Below are positions 27,480-42,172 of a stretch of 64,000 nucleotides of DNA, piece by piece. Source of the DNA: Octopus vulgaris (Eukaryota). Where the stretch lies: the NCBI GenBank assembly GCA_951406725.2, contig OX597828.1:12090001-12154000 (forward strand), read 5' to 3'. Within the stretch, counting starts at the first letter, position 1. Each line of letters opens with the position of its first letter. A program made the translations under genes and the position numbers. The notes beneath the pieces are model-generated. The model was not told the DNA's origin. It made no database searches and saw only the letters and a program-made list of their open reading frames with translations.

Positions 27480-27807
27480 TAACATTTCATCCTCTCTAGA
27501 TCGATAAAATAAGTACCAGTTGAGTACTGGATTCAATGTAATCGGCTAAGCCATTCCCCGAAATTACAGGCCTTGTGTCAAGTTTGAAATCAATATTAAG
27601 TCTTCCTTATAAGGCAGCGAGCACGCCGGGCAAAATGCTGAGAGGCATTTCGTCCATCCTTACGTTCTGAGTTCAAATTCCGCCGAAGTCGACTTTGCCT
27701 TTCATCCTCTTGGGATCGATAAAATAAGCACCAGTTGATCAGTTGGGTCGATGTAATCGACTATTCCGCGCCCACAAAATTTCAGGCATGTGCCTTTGGT
27801 AGAAAGG

Positions 27808-27897
<90 letters not shown>

Positions 27898-28130
27898 GTT
27901 GTTGTTGTTGTTCTGGTGGCAGGCTGGCATGATAGTTAGCACGCTGGGCAAAATGCTCAGAGGTATTTCGCCCGTACTTACGTCCTGAGTTCAAATTCCG
28001 CCCAGGCCGGTTTTGCCTTTTATACTTTTGAGGTCGATAAAATAGTACAAGTTAAGTAGCGGATTCGATGCAATCGACTTACTCACTCTCCCGAAATTTC
28101 TGGCGTTGTGCCAAATTTTGAAATCAATAT
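27480..28130 (+). mobile_element. cluster of family-A SINE monomers separated by (TTA)n
   Basis: Repeated GAGTTCAAATTCCGCC...GTCGATAAAATAAGYACCAGTT blocks. Confidence 0.8.
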
Positions 28131-29624
28131 TGAGTCTTTCTTATGATCTTCGTTACTAATTCTTTTATTCAATTTTCTTCCATCGATCAAGTTTTCATTT
28201 CTCTCTTTAACGTTCTGAATTCAAATCCTCCTGAGACTAAATTTGAATTCACCATCCAAGTGAAAACTAGTAGTGTTGAAAATTAACAATACTTCCTCTA
28301 TACAATTCATTGTCGTGTATGAATGTTAGAAATAGTTATTAAGAATTCATAATCAACTTCATTAACGTCTACAAATGCTTTGTTTCTCTCATGTCTCCCT
28401 TGGTAATTTTCCCGCTTTTAAGTTGATCATTTTGGCTTGATTGTACTCGTCATTACGGCTTCTTTTGTTTAAATGCCGAGGCTCGTGGCTTAGTGGTCAG
28501 GGCGTTGCATTCATGGTCGTAAGATTGTAGTTTGGATTCGACCTGTTAGAAGTAGTAGACTGAATTTCCCTCTAACTGTATGTTGCCATACATTGATAAT
28601 GTTATCCAGGATGCAATATTTACGAATATACAAAATAAACAACGAGCTGCTGATGTCTTAAGTACTGTTTCAAGCATGCTTATTTGCGATACGTTGTGTT
28701 CTTCAGCAAAACTATTAATCTCACGTTGCTCGAGTCAGTTCAACTCGCAAGAAAAAGTAATCCTGCGATGGACATGCGTCACGTTCGGGGTGTGGAGGTG
28801 GAATACACCCGCCACAGTATCCGGGAAAACGGCCTTAAGAGCCTATGACTTGAGAAAGCCCTTTGATCATACTCTTAAACAGATTCAATATAAAATTCTT
28901 GAAAATTACTTATAGAAGCAGCCCAAGGATTATAAGTATTTTAATCTGTAAACCCAGAACATTTACGAATAATGAATATAAAGTAAAAGTAATCGCCATT
29001 CCTTTCCTTTGCAATCACTCATTGTTTCAAGTCTCTTTAAATTTCCAAGACATTTATTCTGCTTTATAAATACTGACAACTAGCTATGAGTACTGTATCA
29101 AAATGCAATTAAATGAAGTTTTCATAAAGAATAAAGATTTTTTGGAATCAAGGTTTTCAAGAAATACTCCGATAGCAGAATTTTCGTCTCAAAATCTGTT
29201 GAGGGGGTAGATGTTGAGAATTTAACAGATGCATTAGTGTTCCCTTTGAGGGCTTCACAGAAGTTTCCCTTTACGATAAAAAAAGACATATTAAACAAGT
29301 AATTATGAAATTACATCCTGCATTGTTATACACATTTGACATGGCTTGCGGGGTTAGATTACCGTGTGATATCTGTTCCTGTATTTCCATCTAGACAGCA
29401 GTGCCTGAGATGATACTAGTGTCTATCTGAAGTGGTCCAAGTTGCTGCTCCTTTCTTTCGGGGGCGAAAAGGGGAGACTTACCTGGAATGATCAACGGCC
29501 AGTCTTTCTTTACTTGTTTTCCTTGTCCTACACACGTGCAAATGCAGGGCCAGTCTTGTTCTCCCTAAATTATGGGTATTTATGAATGTATATTTATACA
29601 CATGCACACACACGCACACACATA

Positions 29625-31556
29625 CATCATCATCCTCATTGTTCGACCGTGGTCGAGACAATGGAATTCACTATGGTACGCCAGACCTCACGGTCCATCA
29701 TAGCATTACGGAGGTCCTGTTGCTGGATGCCTGTATCCCTGGAGATTACATCAGAGTAGGAGAGTGTGCGCCCTCTGGTATTGCGAGTAGATGGCTTCCA
29801 GAGGAGAAGAGCAGAAATTACTTCTTTTTCAGCTCTACAACAATATCCAGCAAACTGGACTCTCCTACCTTTCACAAGAGATGACACAGGTGGTAATTTC
29901 CCATATATTTGCATTTTAGTTGGATGGCGCTTCCACGAGAGATTTTGAGCTCTCATAAGGAGGAGAGTGTAGGTTCCATCCAACCGCCTCTCAAGCTTCT
30001 TTGATAACGTCCAGGTTTCTGAGCCATATAGTAGAATTGGTTCGACTGTGGCTTTGAATATTTCAAGTTTGAAGTCTCTACTTAGATTTGATGACCAGAT
30101 CTTATGCATGTCATTACAGGCTGACCAGGCCATACCCTTTCTAGTTAGAAAGTCTTTTCCAGATGATGATATGTATGACCCAAGATATTTATAATCAGAA
30201 ACCATATTTAAGGGCGCACTGTTGAGAGTGTGGATGATGCAATCATTGTTGGACAGGCACTTGTTTATGTATTCAGTTTTGGCCTCATTGAGGTAAAGAC
30301 CTACACAATTTGAGGCTTGTTCAAGAGATTGTAAAAGAGACTGGACATTGGAGAGAGAATCACTGATAAGAGCGATGTCGTCAGCAAAGTCAGTGTCTGT
30401 CAAGTACTCAGCTGGGTGTCTGGAACTTCTTCTTGGTTTTATTTCAAAGCCCTTGCCAGAGATGGTATCAACTGACATACGTAGCACATAATCAACAACA
30501 ATGATGAAAAGAAATGGGGCGAGTGTGTCTCCCTGCAGTATTCCGGCTTTGATTGAGAAAGATGATGTTTCTCCATCAGGGGTTAAGATGGTTGAAGACG
30601 TATCTGTGTAGAGGACCTTGATGGCAGAAATAATTTTGTCTGGTATCCCATAGAGCTTAAGGATTTCAAACATCTTGTACCTATCTACAGAATCGAACGC
30701 TTTAGAAAAGTCTACAAATACCATTGCAAGATCGCGATTAAATGCTTTTGATTCTTCAATAAGTCTGCGCAGGCATAGTATCTGGCTCAGCGTTGAGCGC
30801 CCATGTCTGAATCCATTTTGGTTCTTTCGGAGCAAAGGTTCAACAAAAAGGACAAGACGATTTAGGATCAGTTTGTTGTACAGTTTTGCAGCAATTGACA
30901 TTTGAGATATGCCCCTGTAGTTGGTGACGAGGGACAAATCGCCTTTTTGGGGTATTGGAATGATTTGAGATTGGTGCCAAATCTTTGGAGCGACAAAGGT
31001 GGAAAGTGTGTGGTTGCAGAGGTTGAGCAAAAGTGTGTGAAATCTATCATCCTTCCAAATTACAGCTGGGATGTTGTCGGGACCAAATGCTTTCGAGGCT
31101 TTTAGTTGCTTGGTGGCTGCTGTTAGTTCAAATATGGTAAAAGGGGAGGTGTTGATGTCCAGCGTGTCTGATATAGGCACACTTGGAAGAGTGGGGTTAT
31201 CAGGGATTTTGGCATTCTTCCCAAGGAGGTTTTTAAAATGGGTTGACCAATTTTCTAAACGCTTCTTATCTGATCCCCCTTTAATTCTAATCGATGACCC
31301 AGAATTTTTGCCTGATAGGTCTTTGATGGATTTCCAGGCGAGATGGTGTTTTTTACTAATGTGCTCTTTCGATAGTTTACTAATTTTGCCATTGATAAAT
31401 TCGACCTCGGCGTTCAAGTAAGTCTCATCAAGATTCTTCCTGGCAGCTATGAGTTGGATCTTCAGTGACTGGGATGGAGAACGGTGGTAAGCTAGTGATA
31501 TAGACTTTAGATGGTTTCTGGCTTCGATGACATTTGGGGAATTAGAAGGTTTGCTT
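29625..31556 (-). mobile_element. RTE-clade LINE, 5'-truncated
   Basis: Short 3' UTR with a (GAT)n tail; inserted in a CA/CATA microsatellite. Confidence 0.9.
29636..31556 (-). CDS. RTE-type reverse transcriptase, uninterrupted, lacking the N-terminal endonuclease
   Basis: Motifs [62 protein letters not shown]. The first about 29 aa of the called ORF come from the microsatellite. Confidence 0.92.
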
Positions 31557-31603
31557 ACATACATACATACGCACACACACACACGCAGGCACACACACGC
31601 AGG

Positions 31604-31639
<36 letters not shown>

Positions 31640-31657
31640 CATATATAATTATATATA

Positions 31658-31739
<82 letters not shown>

Positions 31740-31879
31740 TATATATGCATATGTATGTGTGTGTGTTGTGTTAGTCTTTGTGCGCGTAAGTGTGAGCAGG
31801 AAAATAAATTTTCATGCGAGTAAAAGTATAAAGGAGTATAAAATTTTGAAGTAGAAAGGAAAAACAATTGAAAACGCGC

Positions 31880-33000
31880 TTGGTGTGTTTAATAAGATTT
31901 ATTTGCCTTTAATTGACTAGTTTCACTATTTTATGATTTCCAAAGTATTGTGTGATGGAGAAAGCCAGAGCTATGCCGTGTTTGTCTCGACACCGAGTAA
32001 AGTCGTAAAAATTTTGTTTTCAGAGTTGATGAATCAAATTGTCATCATTTGAAGCGCATATAACATTGGATCAAGTTTTTCAGGTGATGATATGAATGGT
32101 AACTGCGCAAAAATTATGCCTGTGTTAGGCTGCAAAATGTGTACGTTATGTCGGCGTATGAGGTCACGTGATTTACAGACAATAATTTTGGCAAAATCAA
32201 AATGGTCCAGTAAATGCGTCATGCGATAATGTGAACGACAGGTTGTAAAACTAGAGAAATGGATATCTTGATTGTGTATATGTTTGTCTAAGTCTTTGTG
32301 CTGTATTAAACAGTATATTTGTTTTTCGGAAGAAGTAGATATTAATTATGGGTTAAAATCTGTGAGCCAGAAGAGGAAATCGATATCAACGTTTGTGTTA
32401 ATGTTAGAAGAGTGAACGTTTGAAATCAAAGTACTTATCATTATAGACAGAGGAATAGAATAAAATATATGACGAAAGTCAAATAATAATGAAAATAGAA
32501 ATAATAAAACTAATTTATAGATTAAGTTCTATGCAGGATTAGTGAGAAGTAACAAAGTAGGCGCATTTGTGGGAGAACTGGTCATCAAAAATAAACTTAA
32601 CGAAATGTTTGCATGATCAGAAACATTGCGAGAGTTCCTTAAGACAGTCTTTAGATCCTTTGTTGAGATTGCGTAAATACTTGTATAAGTTTGTGTATTC
32701 GTTTGTATACATTTGTAGAGCATATGTATATATTTTGACACAACTGTGGATTTCTTTTTCTTTCGTCATCTCTAAAGGAGTTTGAGTAGTACGTATATAT
32801 TTTGTCTTGAAATCTCCTTACGTCATCGCTGTATATTTTTTCGGTTTCCAATTTTCCATTGTTGTTTCTGGAACTGACTTCCGATTCACATACTGTTATT
32901 CAACTATTGCACCTTTGTCAGGTAAGCATGTTACCTTGGTTTTGTAGCTGGCTGAATTCACTGAGCGTGTTCCAGTTTTGTTGGCTAGAATACTTTTAAT
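31880..33000 (-). pseudogene. decayed Penelope-like GIY-YIG remnant with a degenerate 3' HHR (31911-32026)
   Basis: Frameshifted KKYTAMT*GDFKTK..NSFRDDERKRN..SKYI. The RNA reads AACU-CUGAAAA-(long stem II)-GAAACUAGUC-AAUU. Confidence 0.5.
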
Positions 33001-34459
33001 TTCTTGAGTGCGACTAACTTTCAGTATTGACAATTGTCAATGATAATTACATAGTCAAACGCAATATGCGATTATATCGCTCGCTCTAGACATTCCAAAG
33101 GCATAAACCGGAATCCTTTCTTATAATTATACAAGCTAGATTTCCAGTTAACACCAATAAGTTAGTTAATGATCAATTTCTGTTGGAATATTAATAGCTG
33201 GACACAGTTTGCAAATATGAATCTTGAATTATTCATCACCATTAACCTAGACGTTCTAAGTTTGAATATAAATTCCTTTAGCCCCTTACACTCACTAGAG
33301 AATTTGATTTGTCAAGTGTTTTTGTCGCAACATTTGATTGAAACATATCAGTGGCTTCATATATGCACAATATTTACAAATGATATAAACTTTCTTAATA
33401 ACATCTATGCTGAGAAGTATATTTCTGGAGTTTAAATAATTATAAAACCGACGGACACCAGAGAGGTAGATATATTCATAAAGTTAAAAAGCAGAAAACC
33501 ATAACCAAAGCAAAAGCTATTGAAAACATTGTCAATAGTATTGTGTCTTCCAAAAATGATGCAAAACGAGATAAGTCGTTTAAGACAAGTCCAATCGCCA
33601 ACGTATTGGTTTGTTGTTTTGGTAAAAGTTTATTGGTGGAAATAGTAAAAGCAGCCCTATCTTCTTCATATCCAAATAGTTGAGAAGGTTTGCAAATGAC
33701 TAAAGTCTTCAATTTCTGAAACTTTTCACAATGGAGGATGTTTCGTTCGTGAGTAGTTAGCGTCCTTGATAAAGAAGCAAGAGAGAAATAATCTTGCAGA
33801 AATGTGACATATGCAGGACTAGATAGCTCAATATGTCCAGATTTTTTTCTATACGACAGTAAGCTGTGTTTTAAGAGAAAAACCACTGAATTAACTCGCA
33901 GACTTAGCAATCAAGAAGAGGCTTTCTTGACCTCCCTATTTTTCAGTACATAACAAGTACTTTGTTTTAATACAAATTTTGTGCCTGAAACCGTTTAATA
34001 ATGTGAGCATTATCACTATCACATGCTTACTATGTGTAAGTAAACTCCACAAATTTGTGGCATTTCGTCAAAAGGAGACCATTTTAAATACACATCGTCC
34101 TTTAAAACAGTATATTTCAAAGATGAGCAAAATGAAATTGCTCTGGAAGTGAAAGAGAGTGACAGGTATCAATATTTTGAGGTCATAACACACTCCATCT
34201 CTGAAACGACTCGCACCAGCCAGCTAGAGATATGTATAGGCATAGCGTAACAATTATTTGCTTACGTGCAAAAGCGTCGCACAATGAAAACAAAATTCAA
34301 ATCCTATGTTTTTAAGCAGGACACATCTTTAAAGGGTCCCTGGACGAAATGTCGCAGCTTTGTAACGTTTCATTAGGTACATACATTAAGTATGTGATAT
34401 TTATATTTGTATTATTATCATTATGAAAGTAATGTATGCCATTTAAGTGACACTGAGGA

Positions 34460-34503
<44 letters not shown>

Positions 34504-34634
34504 TTATTATTATTATTAGTAGTAGTAGTAGTAGTAGCAGTGGCAGCAGTAGTAGTAGTAGCAGCAGCAGCAGTAGTAGTAGTAGTAGTAGTAGCAGCAG
34601 CAGCAGTAGTAGTAGTAGTAGTAGCAGCAGCAGC

Positions 34635-34684
<50 letters not shown>

Positions 34685-34715
34685 CAGCAGCAGTAGTAGT
34701 AGTAGTAGTAGTAGT

Positions 34716-34786
<71 letters not shown>
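34460..34786. repeat. (CTA)n/(TAG)n/(CAG)n compound microsatellite
   Basis: Direct reading. A family-A SINE follows at about 34791-35000. Confidence 0.95.
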
Positions 34787-34787
<1 letters not shown>

Positions 34788-35277
34788 TAAGGCGGCGGGC
34801 TGGCAGAATCGTTATCACGCCCAGCAAAATACTTAGCGGCATTTCGCCGGTCTTTGTGTTCTGAGTTCAAATTCTGCAGAGGTCGACTTTTCCTTTCATC
34901 ATATTGGGGTCAATAAAATATATACCACTTGTCTAATGGAGTCGATGTAATCCACTTACCCACTCCCCGAAATTTCAGGCCCTGTACCTATTGTAGAAAT
35001 TTTCATCATCATCATCGCTTTTTCTTTGCTAGAAATATATGAAGATGAGAAAAAGATTTATGTTTGGTGTTTCATAACCTTTAGAACAAGAATCTCGACT
35101 CTACGTATTTCAACCGCACATCATCTTGCACAGTTGGAGAAGCAATCGCAAAGCCATGTCAATATAATAATTATTTCTAGATACTTTCTTATGTGAACAT
35201 AAACATTTGATCATTGTTGAAAATTTTATCAAGAATTCCCAGTTGGCCTAATAACGTTTACATACAGACACGCGAGC

Positions 35278-35320
<43 letters not shown>

Positions 35321-35341
35321 CTCTCTCCCTCTATCTATCTT

Positions 35342-35378
<37 letters not shown>

Positions 35379-35405
35379 TTATCAATCTATCTATCTACCT
35401 ACCTG

Positions 35406-35473
<68 letters not shown>

Positions 35474-36395
35474 CCCACTATCTATCTATCTATCTATATA
35501 TATATATATATATATATATCTTGAAACTGAAATTGAAATTTAGGTGTAACAGTATGATACTGAAATATTCGTTTCAAATTTTGGCGCAAGGCCAGCAAAG
35601 ACGGAGGAAAGTGTTAGCTCATTACATCGACTGATACTTATTTTATCGACCCTGAAATGATGAAAGGTAAAGTCGTCCCCGCCGAAATACAACTACTGAA
35701 ATATTGAAGTATCATCTTGTGTATTGTAGTTTAAAATCAGCTACAGGTGTTCAAATTTATTTGTGGCTAAAACACTAAATTCTTTACGCCCTGAATTCAC
35801 GTCACTTTCAAGCAGACGATAGTCATTAGGTTTTTGTTTGAAACGTAGTCAAAATGGCTTATCACTCACTGATACGAAAAGCTGAAAACTCACTATATCT
35901 AGTGCACAGGTACATGGTTTCGATAAATATATAGCCCTGAAATTATTTCTTATAACGTGGCTGTATTTTCTTTTCAAATGACTTTGAAACACATAACCAT
36001 GAAATATGACACATGGAAAACTGCCAGGCGCAAGCCGAACATAATACATACTAACTAGATTCCAATGCATTAGTAAAACTAACGAAATATTGTAGGTGTC
36101 TGGCCTCAAGCTGAATGCTGATACAGCTGCACCGTCCCATTATTCAGTTCCAGCGGAATTATTGATCTTAGTAGTGTGAAATTATAAAATGTTCTATGCA
36201 TTCTAATATACATTACTGGATTATCTTAAATCGTAAACAGAGACAAAGGGTCGTGATATAAACAGGAGGAAATCTATATCAGGCTACCAAAGAGCTTTTT
36301 CAAATAAATGCATAGTAAATTTAAGTTCAAAGATCAACAAAATGAATGTATTTAAGCACACACGCATACACACATACACACACCCACATATATAC

Positions 36396-36442
<47 letters not shown>

Positions 36443-36527
36443 CATATATCAATAAATACATACGTTTATCTTTAATACAAATGTGTGTACATTTGTACAT
36501 CTATATATACATATATACCTATATATT

Positions 36528-36613
<86 letters not shown>

Positions 36614-37699
36614 TATATACACATATATACGTATATATATATGTATATGTATGTATTTGTATATGTACACATATATACACATATATTTCCATATATATCT
36701 ATACATATACACGTATGAATGTGTGACGGTAGTCTGCGTCGGTCTGTGGGATGGAAGTGGGGCGTTACTGGGTTTGTGTGCGTGGTTTAAAAACTGACTT
36801 TTAAGCCCCTTTGAAAAGGATACATTTATCATTTTTAAACAAGATAGAGATATTGAAAACTGGAAAAGTTGTAAAGGGCGGAGTAACGTTATCAGCAACA
36901 AATGCTAATGAGCAAAAATTAGGAATAACTAGAACTGGTTGTGGTCAATATATGTTTCAAAGACAAGATATTATGAAAAACCGACCAGATGTTCTTTCTA
37001 TCTTGAACATCCAAATTCTTAACAGGCTTAGTCGTAAACGTGTAATAAGAAACTGCCTTCTGAACAACATGCCTCCGGGCTTAGTCCCACTGCTCCAATG
37101 CATGGCACGTTCGGGAAGTGTCTTCTACCATTGCCCCAGGCCGACTAAAGCCCTGTGAGAGGATTTTATAGAAGGAAACTGAATGAAGCGTGCCGTATAT
37201 ATATATATGTGTGCGTGTGCGCGCGTGTGTGTGTGTGTGTGTGTGTTTGACAAAAAACGACCCATTGTATAAGTAATAGATTTTTCACAAAAAAACAAAA
37301 AAAGTACTGTGGTGGATTTGTTTGACTAAACTCTTAAAGGCGGTTCCAAAGTTTGGTCACAGTCCAATGAGTGGAACAAGTAAAAAATAAAGAATAAAAG
37401 TTACATAGAATTTTCACTTCACTGGAGTGAAAAATTTATGCATTGCTTGTTTATCCTTTCTTTCTTATATACAAATGTGCCTGCTCAATGATGAACCACT
37501 TATAGCAATTCTTCGCTAAGCGGCTACATCATTTCGTGATAGTTGATGTTCAAGTCGGAGTCGTAGTGGTCAACCAACGAGCATTTATCGTACATACCTA
37601 TTAAATAACGTTATTAGGCGGAATTTTACACACTCACACACAAACACACGTGCGCATACACTCACACACACGCGGACGCACACGCAAACACATACATAT

Positions 37700-37921
37700 T
37701 TAGACGCGTGTACTGAAAAGTTCCTGGCTTTGGGTAAAAGAAAATGTAGGAGGATCAGATAATTCTGATTTTATTCAATATACACCCCTCTCGATTTTAT
37801 ACACTTATTGCAGCAGTCCTTCAGTTTTTCTATTCCTTGAAAAAGAGCTCGGAAAGTTGGACCTCCAGCCTGGCCTTTCACGATACTCTTAAAGCCAAAG
37901 ATGTTTCAGCTTCCCCTCGTA
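37700..37921. mobile_element. mariner-type MITE
   Basis: Degenerate TIRs ..CTGAAAAGTTCCTGGCTTT and AAAGCCAAAGATGTTTCAGCTTCCCCTCGTA. Confidence 0.55.
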
Positions 37922-37973
37922 AAATCTTCACGCAGCGAGGTGAAAATTCTATATATCTTAATATTTTATCTTT

Positions 37974-38024
<51 letters not shown>

Positions 38025-38235
38025 CAGCACGAAATTGATCAGGTCACGATCTCAATGCGACGAAAATATTTTGGCAAATTGCATTTTAATGTTGCAGTGA
38101 ATCTAACAGGTTTTTGTTTTTTTAAATAGCTTATAAACTTCTTCCACGCTGCAATTGTTTTTGTTTCAGCACACGATCTCAGCTCAGGTCACTTGCTGTG
38201 CAAGTACATCTCCGTAATACATACATATATATATA

Positions 38236-38278
<43 letters not shown>

Positions 38279-38289
38279 GTATGAAAACA

Positions 38290-39465
38290 GAACCATGAAA
38301 AAACCATAACACCAAATAACATAAACATGAACTATGTATCCTCTGATCAAGTGGCAAACCAAAGAGGCAACTCTTTTTTATTGACTTACCTAGAAAATAT
38401 GAAGGCCGACCTAAGCCAGGAGATCCAACGAGCTATCAGCAACCATTTATGCAAATCACAAGGACCACACACCCACTACCAACAAGAAAATCATACACAC
38501 ACAGCTCCATACAAGAACTACCCACATTGTTACCGCTGAACAACATAAAACATAACTTAGAACAATGCAAACATCAAACTCCCCTTACCTCGACATTCCT
38601 GTTAAATGTACGTGGCATCAACCCATCAATTATTGCCCAAAAATGGAAGATCCCATATATAGAGAGTTGCCTTGCCGAAACAGCACATTGCTTCCCTTTC
38701 TTTATCTTTACTGAGTCTCATCTGAACAACACACATATGGATGCCGAGGTGAAAATAAAAGATTTCACCATTGTTCGTGCGGATCGCACAGACCGAAATA
38801 AGGGAGGAACAGCCATCTTTATCCGTGACTCCTTTTCACTTGATGCCAAGGACATATTTTCCAATGGCTATTGTGAATCTGTATCACTATTCAGCAAGGC
38901 CAAGGACATAATCATTGTTGGTCTTTACAGGCCTCCCCAAGCACCTCTAAAGTGCTTTGAAGAGTGCCTTAGCAAAGTCAAATCCTTCCTTCGGAAGTAC
39001 AACTCTGGAAACATACAAGTGATGGGTGATTTTAACCTCCCTCATGTGAACTGGCCCACAAATACTCTGAAGTTAGACAAATGCTCTTCATCAGATAGAG
39101 CAGCAGCAGAATTGCTCTTTAATCTAATGGATGAATTCTTCCTGACTCAGCTAGTGCTCGAACCAGCGAGACAGAATAAAACGATCTTGGATCTGGTATT
39201 GACCAATCACTCTAGCTTCGTTCACAGTATTTCAGTTGAAAAAACTCTCCTCTCAGACCACGACATGGTACTCTGCAATTTTAATTCCCGACATATAAAA
39301 ACCAAACCAGCCAATCCCATTCCATGGCACCCATTTGACAGCATAAACTTCCACGAAGCGGACTGGGGAGCAATTAGAAAGGATCTGTCTTTCATCGACT
39401 GGTCTTTTACTCTCAATTCCACCCATATTGAGACCGCATGGCAGCACTTTGAGAACATTCGTTAG
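38290..39465 (+). pseudogene. CR1/L2-group LINE fragment: ORF1 end plus complete AP-endonuclease domain
   Basis: Motifs LLNVRGI, FTESHL, RADR..KGGTAIF, GLYRPP, GDFNLP, LDLVLTN, SDHDMV. Truncated before the RT. Confidence 0.85.
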
Positions 39466-39520
39466 CTACTGCACGCATTTTTTTTCTCTCCTTCTTTCTG
39501 TGTTTTTCTCTCTCTGTGTA

Positions 39521-39559
39521 TCTTTCTGTTGAAGAGCGTAGGCTCGAAACGTTAAAGAC
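39521..39559 (+). ncRNA. minimal hammerhead-like motif with variant core CUGUUGA
   Basis: UCUUU-CUGUUGA-A-GAGC-GUAG-GCUC-GAAA-CG-UU-AAAGA. Confidence 0.55.
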
Positions 39560-39678
39560 GTGTTTTATTTATATTTCCTGAGCGCCATACTAATACAATT
39601 GTTCATTTGTTTTCCACCTGCCTTCGTCTTTTGTTTATTTTCATAAAGCTTCCTGTTATATATGTATATATATATATA

Positions 39679-39728
<50 letters not shown>

Positions 39729-39909
39729 ACATGGCTGTGTGATTAGGGGCTTGCTTTCGTCCAAGCCACATGGTGTCAGGGCCAGTCCTATAGGGTGGTA
39801 CCTTGAGCAAGTACCTTCTACCATGTTCTCGGACCGATCAAAGCCTTGTGAGTAGACTTGATAGATAAAATCTGAATGAAGCCGTCGTATGTATGTATAT
39901 ATATATATA

Positions 39910-40508
39910 TTGCTACCTGAAAATAATATGCGTTAAAAAACCCATCAGTTTCAAATTTAAGTGATATTTTTGCGAATTTTATAAATGCTTAGAATAGAGG
40001 GTGGCTGTGTGCTTAAAAATTAAACTTCACAACCACGTCGTTTCAGGTTCAGTTTAACAATTCATCATACATATTCATACATATATATAATCTGATATAT
40101 ACTTGTCTGTATCTTTGTGTCTGTGTTTGTCCCCTAACCATCGCTTGGTAACCGATGTTAGTGTATTTACGTCCCGGTAACTCAGTAGTTCGGCAAAAGT
40201 GCTCCAGCATGTCTACCTTCAAATATTGAAACAAGTAACAGAATAACAGAGTATATATATGTATGAATGTGTATGATGAATGGTCACGTAGTTTCTATCA
40301 AGTAAATTCACTTACAATGCGTTGGTCACCCATGCACTTTAATAAAATGCACTCATCCAATGTAACGCACAGTTAGACTGAACCTGAAACATTTACATTT
40401 TAAGCACACAGCCACCCTGTATTCTAAGCATTTACAAAATTCGCAAATTAATCACTTAAATTTGAAACTGAATGGGTTTTTTTAACGTATATTATTTCCA
40501 GTTAGCAA
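39910..40508. repeat. local inverted duplication of a SINE head plus its flank
   Basis: 39910-40095 is the reverse complement of about 40245-40508, with indels. Confidence 0.8.
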
Positions 40509-41696
40509 GAGGTATTACAATCCTAGAGAAGTAAAACCACGTTATAGAGTGCCTCAAGATATTATTATTCTAAAAATTTTGGTATTTCTAATTAAGAAAT
40601 CGTGAAATTTCAAATAATTATTTTAGTAATAATCTTCATTTTAAAATATTTCCAGAATTTGTATTGTAATTAATATTTTAATTAAAATTATTTAATGGTA
40701 CTACTTATATATCAAATAAATCTACGTCAATGCTAGTGGCTGTGCTTATACTAACATTGAAAAATAAATAACTCTATGTTATTTGTATATGAATATATTA
40801 AAATTTCTACGAGCATCATACGAAAGGTAGTAATACGTTTTAATAAGTCTATAACAGGATTTATACGATTTACACACTGGTGACGCTACAACCACCAAAA
40901 TTATTCGTGAGTGTACCATTTAATTGATTGTCTTTGAAATCAGTATATCATAGAATCATGCGTTTTCACACATGATGCGAATGTGCATGGGGAGAGAGAA
41001 AGAGATCATGGAATTAGATTAGGTACGGTTTAAGCCAATTTATGGTTGCTTTAAAAGAATTAAGTTACTTTAAAAGAATTAAGAGTATTAGGATTTTGGA
41101 AAAGATACTGCTGGAAATTATGTTGCTAATAATGGAAGGGAATTTTGTTTTAGTCGAGAATATTTTAAATAAAATAAATTAAGCCAAACAGCAGGCAGTA
41201 TTATTTCAAAAATTAGAAATAGAAAAAAATCTTTCCTTTAATGGATAAGTAGGTAATTGGTTATGTTTGAATGACATTATACCAATGCAAATATAGTGAA
41301 TACAACTAGTATTCAGTATATTAAAAAGGACAGTGTCTTTTGTACTTTTAATATTTAGGCAAATGAGGACTGCGAACTTGCAGAGTCGTTAGCATACCGG
41401 GTTAAATACTTAGCAGCATATCATCCGTCCTTACATCCTGGGTTCAAATGCTGCTGGGGTTGAATTTATCTTTCATCTTTTCAGGCAATAAAATAAGTAC
41501 CAGTTGTGTACTGGGATCGATGTAATCGACTTGGTCCCTCCCCGAAATGTCTGGCTTTGTACCAAAGTCTGAAACTAATATTTTGGTAAATGAAGTCATA
41601 GACATAAGATGTACATAGAGATGAACTCATATCGTATACATTTTCAAATAGCATTATGAATTATAAACGCGGTTAGAGGAAATATATGTATAAATG

Positions 41697-41855
<159 letters not shown>

Positions 41856-41909
41856 GAATAAATAAACACATTAATGGAGTTGAACGAAGATGTTAATAAA
41901 ATTCTTTTA

Positions 41910-41991
41910 CTTTCGACATAAGTTTCGAAGACAACATGGTTTTATTCCAAAGGAATAAACGGTGTAAGATGCAATCTTCTCATCAGGAAAG
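41910..41991 (-). ncRNA. canonical-core type-I hammerhead ribozyme
   Basis: CUUUC-CUGAUGA-GAAGA...UUUAUUCC-UUU-GGAAUAAA...UCUUC-GAAA-C-UUAU-G-UC-GAAAG, with a GUC cleavage triplet. Confidence 0.85.
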
Positions 41992-42141
41992 AAAGAGAAC
42001 CTCTCTCATCAACAAGACATTATAACAATTATGATGACTGCCTACATGATAAGCAGAACGTTATTAAGTATTTTTTTAAAAACATTGATATATATATATG
42101 TATGTACGTTCGTACATATAGATGGATAGGTAAATAGATAG

Positions 42142-42172
<31 letters not shown>

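Noticed and set aside
34407-34842. Poly-Ser/Val/Tyr ORFs
   Set aside because: Trinucleotide repeat with no protein features.
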